A stretch of DNA of 59,393 nucleotides, taken from positions 1 through 59,393 of the forward strand of contig JBPBPZ010000355.1 of the NCBI GenBank assembly GCA_050954525.1. The letters run 5' to 3'. Of this stretch, positions 36,376-44,087 are shown one piece after another. The position numbers and the translations under genes are program-made. Origin of the DNA: Janthinobacterium lividum (lineage in GTDB: Bacteria; Acidobacteriota; Terriglobia; Terriglobales; Acidobacteriaceae). Every line of letters begins with the position of its first letter. The stretch's first letter is position 1. Below the pieces are notes generated by a model. It was not told the origin of the DNA and ran no database searches. It was given only the letters and a program-made list of their open reading frames with translations.

Positions 36376-37929
36376 GTGTGCCAGCCCATGCCCACTCTGA
36401 TCGTTACAGACGCGACAAGCCCCACGCCAACCGGGGAAGTGCTTCGAGCGTCTGCGCTCACCAAGTCTTATGCAGGCGTTCGTGCGTTGCGAAGCGGATC
36501 ACTGGACCTGCGCGCGGGTGAAGTCCACGCCCTGATCGGCGAAAATGGCGCGGGCAAATCCACACTGACCAAAATCATCACCGGGGCGGTCACCGCCGAC
36601 AGCGGGGAACTGCGCGTCTTTGGTCGAGTTGTGGAAGCGAATACGCCCAATGTGGCCCGATCGCTGGGCATTGCGGCCATTTATCAGCAGCCTTCCATCT
36701 TTCCCGACTTATCAGTCAGCGAAAACATTGCACTTGCCCTGGAACAGGGCACTAGTTCGCATCTCGTCGACTGGAAGGCAAGGTTTGATAGGGCGAGAGA
36801 TCTCTTGCAATCCATGGGATCGACCATTGACCCCGGGCGTCCTGCTCGCACCCTGAGCATGGCAGAGCAACAGATCGTCGAAATCGCCAAGGCCATCGGC
36901 GCAAACGCCCGCATCCTGTTGATGGACGAGCCAACAGCCCTGTTGAGCGACCATGAGGTGGGCAACCTGTTCCGTCTGATTGCGACGCTGCGTGCAAATG
37001 GCGTGGCAATCGTCTACATCTCGCACCGACTGGAAGAGATTCTGTCGATTGCTGACCGCATCACCGTGCTGCGCGACGGCGAAACGGTTGCAGTGCGCTC
37101 CGCGGCAGACGTCAGCAAGGCCGAGTTGATCCAGTTGATGGTGGGCCGTTCGATTGCATCGATTTATCCCAAACGCACAGTGCCCATCGGCGAAGTGGCG
37201 CTGCAGGTGCGCGACCTGGCACACGCCCCGACCGGTTTGCATGACGTTTCGTTCGAAGTTCGCCGTGGTGAAATCCTGGGTTTCGCGGGTCTGGTTGGAT
37301 CGGGCCGTACGGAACTGGCACGCGTTCTGTTTGGGCTGACGCCTGCGGATGCAAACGTCGTCGTGAGTGGAAAGGCGGTGAGCATCACGGGGCCTGCGGA
37401 TGCGCTTGCGAACGGCATTGCTTACCTGCCAGAGGATCGTCGTCAGCACGGCCTCATCCTCGAACTGCCCATCAGCCAGAACATCAGCCTGGCCAGCCTC
37501 TCGCGTGTGTCACGCCGCGGGCTGATGGACCATGCCAAAGAAGTTAACCTTGCGAACGAGTACCGCGCCAGGCTGGGTATCAAGGCATTCTCTGTGTCGA
37601 TCGCGGCGGGTACACTTTCCGGCGGCAACCAGCAAAAGGTCGCGCTGGCTCGATGGCTTGCGACGAAGCCAGACATCATCATCCTGGACGAACCGACGCA
37701 GGGTGTAGACGTTGGATCGAAGTCTGAGATCCACGAGCTGATCATGGAACTTGCCGAAGCTGGAATGGCCGTAATCCTCATTTCGTCGGAACTGCCGGAG
37801 GTCCTGGGCATGAGCGACCGCACCGCCGTGTTTCATGCGGGCACCATCTGCGGTGTTCTGCCGCGCGAGGAGGCCACCCAGGAGAGCATCCTTGCGCTGG
37901 CGTTCGGCCACGCGGAGGCAGCGGCATGA
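36376..37929 (+). CDS. Sugar ABC transporter ATP-binding protein (CUT2, RbsA/RhaT-like)
   Basis: GENGAGKST, DEPT, YISHRL, GLVGSGRTE, LSGGNQQK; two NBD halves. Confidence 0.95.
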   Translation: MCQPMPTLIVTDATSPTPTGEVLRASALTKSYAGVRALRSGSLDLRAGEVHALIGENGAGKSTLTKIITGAVTADSGELRVFGRVVEANTPNVARSLGIAAIYQQPSIFPDLSVSENIALALEQGTSSHLVDWKARFDRARDLLQSMGSTIDPGRPARTLSMAEQQIVEIAKAIGANARILLMDEPTALLSDHEVGNLFRLIATLRANGVAIVYISHRLEEILSIADRITVLRDGETVAVRSAADVSKAELIQLMVGRSIASIYPKRTVPIGEVALQVRDLAHAPTGLHDVSFEVRRGEILGFAGLVGSGRTELARVLFGLTPADANVVVSGKAVSITGPADALANGIAYLPEDRRQHGLILELPISQNISLASLSRVSRRGLMDHAKEVNLANEYRARLGIKAFSVSIAAGTLSGGNQQKVALARWLATKPDIIILDEPTQGVDVGSKSEIHELIMELAEAGMAVILISSELPEVLGMSDRTAVFHAGTICGVLPREEATQESILALAFGHAEAAA

Positions 37930-38900
37930 ACCTTGGCTGGGCGGGAACTCACACACGCGAGATCGCACTTGCCATTGCCAACCTGTTGCTGCTGGCGCTG
38001 TTGGCTGCAACCACGCAGGGCTTTTTTACCGCTGCGAATCTGGCTGACCTGTTCCTGGCCAACATGCCGGTTATGCTGATTGCCTTGGGCATGATGCTCA
38101 TCATTCTCACGGGTCAGATCGACATTTCTGTTGGTTCGGTCTTCGCCGTGTGCAGTGTCGCGGCTGGTTTGGCAGCGCGCGAAGGCGCACCATCGCTGGT
38201 CTTTCTGCTTGTGGCCATCGTCGTGGGAACGGCTTGTGGTGCGCTCAACGGTGTTTTAAGTGCATACCTGCGCATACCGTCCATCGTCGTTACGCTGGCT
38301 ACCGCCGTCGTTCTACGCGACGGTTTGCGTTGGGGTACAGAGGGTGCATGGGTAGGCAACCTGCCCCAGGGTTTTCAGCGCTTTGGTGTGCCGCAGGGGC
38401 CGTACACGCTGCTGGTTTTAGCGGCGACGATTGCGTTGGTTGCGCTTGTCGCATGGGCGCTGCGGTTCCTGCGCGTGGGGCGCGCGGTCTTTGCCACGGG
38501 ATCGAATGAGGCGGCGGCAAAGCAGTTAGGTATCAACACGAACCTTGTGGTATTTACCGTCTTCGGCATCACAGGAGCCCTGACCGGCCTGGCGGCAACC
38601 CTGAACGCGGTGCGCTTCAACCAGATCCCCAGCAACTCTGGCATTGGTCTGGAGATGAAGGTGATCGCGGCCGTGGCGGTGGGTGGTGCCGCCATCACGG
38701 GCGGATCTGCAACCGTGTTGGGAACGGTGCTTGGCGTCATTCTGCTGGGCTTGATTGGACCCGCGCTCACGTTTCTGGGCGTCAGCGCATACTGGGAGAA
38801 AGCGCTGCAGGGCGGCATGATCCTGCTTGCCGTCAGCGCCAATGTGCTGGCCAGCTATCGCCTGCGCCGCCGCTCCAGCGGGGTGACCCTTGCCGCCTGA
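37926..38900 (+). CDS. Sugar ABC transporter permease
   Basis: GQIDISVGS, IPSIVVTL, GRAVFATGSN, IAAVAVGG. Confidence 0.93.
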   Translation: MNLGWAGTHTREIALAIANLLLLALLAATTQGFFTAANLADLFLANMPVMLIALGMMLIILTGQIDISVGSVFAVCSVAAGLAAREGAPSLVFLLVAIVVGTACGALNGVLSAYLRIPSIVVTLATAVVLRDGLRWGTEGAWVGNLPQGFQRFGVPQGPYTLLVLAATIALVALVAWALRFLRVGRAVFATGSNEAAAKQLGINTNLVVFTVFGITGALTGLAATLNAVRFNQIPSNSGIGLEMKVIAAVAVGGAAITGGSATVLGTVLGVILLGLIGPALTFLGVSAYWEKALQGGMILLAVSANVLASYRLRRRSSGVTLAA

Positions 38901-40887
38901 CACAAACGCCCGGTCGACCTGGACCGCAAGAATCTCTGCTAACGAGTGGATTTTGCTGGCCGCTCTGCTGTTGGAGTGTGTCTGCTTCGCGGCACTTGCT
39001 CCCAGCTTTGCCACACTTGGCAACCTGTTCGAGGTATTGCGGTTCTCCGTGGAGCTTGGATTGCTCGCGGTTGCGCTGACGCCCATCCTGATCACGGGCG
39101 GCATCGATCTTTCGGTGGGTTCTACCATCGGCGTCACTGCGGTTCTGTTCGGCATGATGACGCAGACCGCACACCTGCCCATTGCACTGGCAGTGTTTCT
39201 GGGCCTCTGCGTCGGACTGGCGGCAGGTGCTTTGAATGCGGCGTTAATCGCAGGTTTGCGTCTGCCTGCTTTGATCGTCACGCTTGGTACGTTTTCGCTG
39301 TACCGTGGCATCGCGGAAGGTCTCACGCACGGCGCAGTCAGCTTCACGGGGTTTCCGGCGGCGTTTCTGCACTTTGGGCAGGGGTACTTCTGGCGCGTGG
39401 TGCCGGTACAACTGCCCGCATTTGTGCTGGTCGTGACAGGCTATTACGTCCTTGTGCACCGCTCCGTGATTGGGCGGACGCTGTATGCCATCGGCTTCAA
39501 CGCAGAAGGCGCACGGTACGCGGGTGTACCTGTGCGCAGGCGTCTGGCACTGATCTACCTGTTGTCGGGCATTGTGTCTGCGGCTGCAGCGATCATCTAT
39601 GTCGCGCACCTTGGGCTGGCAAAATCGGACCTGGGCACGGGCTACGAGCTACAGGCGATTGCCGCCGTGGTGCTGGGCGGCACTTCAGTGTTCGGAGGGC
39701 GAGGCAGCATCATGGGATCGCTCCTGGGCCTCTTTTTCTTGTCCATTCTGCAAAACGGGATGCACCTGCTGGCCCTGCCGTCAGAGTTGACGGGCGTGCT
39801 CACGGGGACGCTGCTGCTGCTGATTGTCAGCGTGGATCGCTTGCGTTCGCACCGAGCCTCCACGACGCGTGTGGCCGACACCTCCGGTCGCAGACAGATG
39901 CTTGCACTGGGTGCGTTGGCGTGTCTTGCTGGGGCTGCGTTCCTTGCCTTCCACCTGCGTCGGCAACACTCTACGGGTGGCAAGCGGCTGACGATCGCCG
40001 TGATGCCAAAGGCGAAAGGCGACCCTTACTTCATCAGCGCGCGTGCAGGTGCGGAAGAGGCCGCCAAAGAACTCGGCGTGGACCTGATCTGGGACGGCCC
40101 TACCAGCCTGGATGCATCGCAACAGAACGAACTGGTCGAGAACTGGATCACGCGCGGTGTGGATGCGATCGTGGTCGCCGTCGAGAACAAGGGCAGCATA
40201 TCGACTGTGCTTCGCAAGGCTCGGGCGCACGGCATCCCGGTCATGACTTGGGACGCAGACGCACAAACCGACGCGCGCGATTACTTCCTGAACCAGGCCA
40301 CGCCAGAAGGCATTGCCGAGGCACTTGCCGATGAAGCTGCACGGCTGCTGCCTGCGGGTGGCGACTTCGCGATTGTGACCGGGGCACTATCTGCTGAGAA
40401 TCAGAATGAGTGGATTCGAGACATCAAGGCGCGCATTGCGTCGGCACATCCCAACCTGAAACTGGCCACGGTACAGCCTAGTGACGACGACCGTGACAAG
40501 GCATTTACGCAGACACAGGTCATCCTGAAAGCCTACCCGCAGGTGAAGCTGGTGATGGCGATTTCCGCGCCCGCCGTGCCCGGTGCGGCAGAGGCGGTGC
40601 AGCAGTCGGGGCGCCCGGAAGTGGACGTGATTGGCCTGTCGCTGCCGTCCATCTGCAGGCCTTACCTCCATGCGGGATCCGTGCAGACCATCTTTCTTTG
40701 GAACACGCGCGATCTCGGTTATCTGACGGTGTATGCGGGAGCGTTGAAGGCCAGGGGAGCCATCGCTCCCGGCACGGGAACGGTACACATTGGCAGGCTT
40801 GGCGATCTCGAGGTTCGGGGCAGTCAGATCGTGTTGGGCAAGCCGTTGCGCATTGACAGGAGCAACGTGGATTCATTGCACTTCTAG
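38890..40887 (+). CDS. Sugar ABC permease fused to a RhaS/LsrB-like periplasmic binding domain
   Basis: N-terminal permease (GGIDLSVGS, IAAVVLGGTS), linker plus an extra TM, then MPKAKGDPYF, WDGPT, TWDAD, LWNTRDLGYL in one ORF. Confidence 0.88.
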   Translation: MPPDTNARSTWTARISANEWILLAALLLECVCFAALAPSFATLGNLFEVLRFSVELGLLAVALTPILITGGIDLSVGSTIGVTAVLFGMMTQTAHLPIALAVFLGLCVGLAAGALNAALIAGLRLPALIVTLGTFSLYRGIAEGLTHGAVSFTGFPAAFLHFGQGYFWRVVPVQLPAFVLVVTGYYVLVHRSVIGRTLYAIGFNAEGARYAGVPVRRRLALIYLLSGIVSAAAAIIYVAHLGLAKSDLGTGYELQAIAAVVLGGTSVFGGRGSIMGSLLGLFFLSILQNGMHLLALPSELTGVLTGTLLLLIVSVDRLRSHRASTTRVADTSGRRQMLALGALACLAGAAFLAFHLRRQHSTGGKRLTIAVMPKAKGDPYFISARAGAEEAAKELGVDLIWDGPTSLDASQQNELVENWITRGVDAIVVAVENKGSISTVLRKARAHGIPVMTWDADAQTDARDYFLNQATPEGIAEALADEAARLLPAGGDFAIVTGALSAENQNEWIRDIKARIASAHPNLKLATVQPSDDDRDKAFTQTQVILKAYPQVKLVMAISAPAVPGAAEAVQQSGRPEVDVIGLSLPSICRPYLHAGSVQTIFLWNTRDLGYLTVYAGALKARGAIAPGTGTVHIGRLGDLEVRGSQIVLGKPLRIDRSNVDSLHF

Positions 40888-40960
40888 ACGTTCCCCGGCC
40901 TTCTGTCGTCAAACGTATACGTGGCCTTTTATAATCGCCGCGAACGTAAAGGATGCATTG

Positions 40961-42034
40961 ATGCGGAAAAGCAGCACACTTGCCACGGCGGCAACAGTTT
41001 TGATCTTGCTCTCGGGCTGTAAGTCAGCATCCAGGCCAGACGGTGCAAACGCGCCTGCCGGTCCCACCATGGACACGGCAAAAGGGCCGCGCATCTACGT
41101 GACCGACGAAGTCTCCGGTGAACTGACCGTGATTGACGCGACCACTATGAAGCCGCTGGAATCGCTCAAGATTGGCACACGTCCGCGCGGCATTCATGCC
41201 AGCCCTGACGGCAAGACGCTGTACATCGCGCTGAGTGGCACGCCCATTGGCGGCCCCAACGTGGATGAAGACAAGCTGCCACCTTCTGACCACACGAAGG
41301 ATGGCATTGGCGTGTTCGACGTCGCCGCAAACAAGCTGGTGCGAACCATTCCCGGCGGATCCGATCCTGAAAACTTCGACCTGAGCAAGGACGGCAAGAA
41401 GCTCTACATCTCCAATGAGGATGAGTCAGCCGTCAGCATTGTCGACATCGATTCCGGCAAGGTCGAAGCCACGCAGAAGATGGGTGCGCAGCCAGAAGGA
41501 GTAAAGACCTCACCTGACGGCAAGTTCGTCTACGTAACGTCAGAGGCGGGCGGCACCATAGCCGTTCTGGACCCTGCGAAAAGGCAGATCACATCGACCT
41601 TTACCGTGGGTCACAGGCCAAGAAATGTGGCCTTTACGCCTGACGGTAAAACGGCGTACATCAACGCAGAGAATGACGGCACAGTTGTGGTGGTAGATGT
41701 AGCGAAGAGCAAAATGGTCAAAACCATCCAGCTGGGCAAACCGGGCGAGGTAAAGCCCATGTTCGTGCTGATGTCGCCCGACGCCTCGAAGCTGTATACC
41801 AGCACTGGGCGCGGAGGCAAGGTGGTCACCATTGATCTGCCGGGTGGAACCGTCACAGGAGATGTGGCCGTGGGACGGCGTCCGTGGGGCATTGCGCTTT
41901 CGCCGGACGGCAAGACCTTGTACACAGCGAATGGGCCTTCCAACGACGTGTCAGCGGTTGACCTTGCGACGAACACGGTCAAAGCCAAGGCTCCGGCAGG
42001 CGGCAGCCCGTGGGGGCTGGTGGTACTGCCGTAA
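40961..42034 (+). CDS. YVTN beta-propeller lipoprotein, PQQ-catabolism-associated type
   Basis: Lipobox LLSG-C; RPRGI, SDPENF, YISNEDE, QPEGV, HRPRNVAF, RRPWGI, NGPSNDVS, SPWGLVV blades. Confidence 0.8.
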   Translation: MRKSSTLATAATVLILLSGCKSASRPDGANAPAGPTMDTAKGPRIYVTDEVSGELTVIDATTMKPLESLKIGTRPRGIHASPDGKTLYIALSGTPIGGPNVDEDKLPPSDHTKDGIGVFDVAANKLVRTIPGGSDPENFDLSKDGKKLYISNEDESAVSIVDIDSGKVEATQKMGAQPEGVKTSPDGKFVYVTSEAGGTIAVLDPAKRQITSTFTVGHRPRNVAFTPDGKTAYINAENDGTVVVVDVAKSKMVKTIQLGKPGEVKPMFVLMSPDASKLYTSTGRGGKVVTIDLPGGTVTGDVAVGRRPWGIALSPDGKTLYTANGPSNDVSAVDLATNTVKAKAPAGGSPWGLVVLP

Positions 42035-42128
42035 GTTTGGCTCTGGCCTTCACCGGACAGATTTGGTTCAGTAACACAGCCGCTTCCCTGACACGCAGCA
42101 TCTGTTAGTCAACAATCTTGCAAGGCCC

Positions 42129-42476
42129 ATGAAGGACTTACCCATGCGCATAGGTTTCACACTCCCTCTCATTGCAGTCCTCGGATTAGCCGTTCCCGCA
42201 GCGTCACACGCACAGATGAGCGAAGACGCGACACACGGCAAGGAGATCTTCGAATCGAAATGCTCTCTTTGCCACAACGCGGACAGCACCGAGAAGAAGA
42301 TTGGTCCTGGCCTCAAAGGTCTGTACGCTCGTGGGACCATGGCCGACGGCACCAAGGTGACGGATGAAACCGTGACAGCGCGCATTGTGAATGGCAAGGT
42401 TCCCATGCCGGCCTACAAGGACGTGCTGAGCGCGGCTGAAATCAAGCAGGTCGTCGAGTACCTGAAGACGCTGTAA
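42129..42476 (+). CDS. Monoheme class I cytochrome c
   Basis: Signal peptide SHA-Q; CSLCH, IGPGLKG, MPAY distal Met. Confidence 0.92.
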   Translation: MKDLPMRIGFTLPLIAVLGLAVPAASHAQMSEDATHGKEIFESKCSLCHNADSTEKKIGPGLKGLYARGTMADGTKVTDETVTARIVNGKVPMPAYKDVLSAAEIKQVVEYLKTL

Positions 42477-43313
42477 TTAAAAGTCCTGCTCAAGCTGGAC
42501 GATACGGGCAGTACTTACTGCCGTTATGCCTACTGGGCGCGAGGCGTGGAAGTACTTCTTGTATGCTGCGATCCAGTCCGTGGCCAGGTCGCGCTGCGCG
42601 GTCAGCAGGTCAAGCTGACCGCTGCACACCAGGCTGTGGAGCCTGGTCTCAAGGGCGTCTTTTGCAACTGCGTTCCAGACGGTTGCATGGTAAGGTTCGG
42701 GCCATAGGTTCGCAGGCTGGTCGTTGCCGCCCAGCTGAGGATTGATCAGGTAGTCCACCTGGTAAGCCTTGGCCAAGTGTTCATCCATACGGTAGGCGTG
42801 GAAGACCGCACTCTGCTGGGCGGGTGACAGCTCTGGATCCAGGTTCTCGTCGCTCAACCTGCACACTTCGGCTACGGTGACAAGATTGGTGGCTCCCGGC
42901 GTAAGGGTGTGATCCGGTTCCGGCCCTGTGTTCTCGTAGGCTGCCATGAGCCGCTGCAGGGGACGCTCTGCCTGCCGGTACGTGACCGAAATGATAAGCA
43001 GTGCCGCAACTGCACCAAGGCGCAGCAGCAGGGCTGGCCTCAGCAGCGAAACCCGCCATGGCTTGACTTGAGTCGTCGATGCAGACAGCGCATCCTGCAG
43101 CCGGACACGTGCTGCGTTTTGCCCAGGCATCGGGGATGCCACCCGCCGCAGACATGCGTCGGCTTCGCGCAGTGTCTCTTGCCTGGCCTGACAGGCGTGG
43201 CACGTCTCCAGGTGCAGGCTTGCCGCGCGTGCAGACGTACCATCCAACTCGCCTCCTTCCAGCAGCAGGAGCGCTTCGTCCTGCACATGTCCCGCTTGCG
43301 TAAATATTTTCAT
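42477..43313 (-). CDS. Zinc-finger anti-sigma factor with extracytoplasmic HNH-like domain
   Basis: HLETCHAC (HxxxCxxC), one TM, then LTPGA..VC...YQVDYLINPQLGG...NLWPEPY...KDALE..LH..VC.G; ATGA overlap with the sigma gene. Confidence 0.75.
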   Translation of the reverse strand: MKIFTQAGHVQDEALLLLEGGELDGTSARAASLHLETCHACQARQETLREADACLRRVASPMPGQNAARVRLQDALSASTTQVKPWRVSLLRPALLLRLGAVAALLIISVTYRQAERPLQRLMAAYENTGPEPDHTLTPGATNLVTVAEVCRLSDENLDPELSPAQQSAVFHAYRMDEHLAKAYQVDYLINPQLGGNDQPANLWPEPYHATVWNAVAKDALETRLHSLVCSGQLDLLTAQRDLATDWIAAYKKYFHASRPVGITAVSTARIVQLEQDF

Positions 43314-43912
43314 CTCGAATCGGTCCTTCGCAGGCGTTCGAACGAGCGCGCCAGGGATGCCGCCACTGACCCAAGCGAGATGCCGACGACGGAAGCGATC
43401 TCGCGATACCGGCAGCCTTCCGCACGCAGTTGCAGGCAAAGCTGATCGTTCTCCGGCAGGGCATGCAGCACGGCGCGCAGGCGTTGCTGCTGCTCAAGGA
43501 ACAGCATTTGTGTCTCTGGGTCTGGGTTCTCGTCCGGGCAGTTGGCAAGCAGGTCGTACGCCGCGCCTCTGCTCTCTGCTGCGGACGTCGTCCGACCCAG
43601 CTCCATGTGCAAAGCAGCTCGGCGTTTCAGCGCCAGGTTGTGCGTGGTGCGATACACCCAGCCCGGCAGGTTGTCGCGTGGGCGATCCAGTTCCAAATGG
43701 CGGAATAGCGCCAGAAAAACTTCCTGCAAGATGTCTTCGCCGTCATGGAACGAAAGTCCAAACGACATGGAGTAGCGAAGCAGGCGATCCCGCAATTCGT
43801 CGAACAGGGCCAGCACTTCGGCCTGCAGGGCGCACGTGCGATCGTTCGACGCGGCACGCGCAGCCGCATGCGTCCGGCCAAACAGATGCACGTCAAGAGG
43901 GAAGCTTCGCAT
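43310..43912 (-). CDS. ECF RNA polymerase sigma factor
   Basis: DGEDILQEVFL, GWVYR, LRAEGCRYREIA, GSVAASLARS. Confidence 0.88.
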   Translation of the reverse strand: MRSFPLDVHLFGRTHAAARAASNDRTCALQAEVLALFDELRDRLLRYSMSFGLSFHDGEDILQEVFLALFRHLELDRPRDNLPGWVYRTTHNLALKRRAALHMELGRTTSAAESRGAAYDLLANCPDENPDPETQMLFLEQQQRLRAVLHALPENDQLCLQLRAEGCRYREIASVVGISLGSVAASLARSFERLRRTDSR

Positions 43913-44087
43913 AGCCTGTTGCCCATTATCCAGCAGACAAGATCTATCGACGTAAAGAGAAAATCTTCTGCAGAAAGGCTGAACAGAAATAGCCAACCTG
44001 GGATATGGCAGGGAAGAACATTGTTCTGTTTGCCACTATCGGCGGTGGAATCAACGCCAAAAGTCGCGTCAGCAGAGTAAGTCCCCA

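Noticed and set aside
38946-40334. 462-aa alternative-frame ORF within the permease-SBP gene
   Set aside because: Arg/Gly/Ala-rich off-frame translation typical of GC-rich DNA; no family features.
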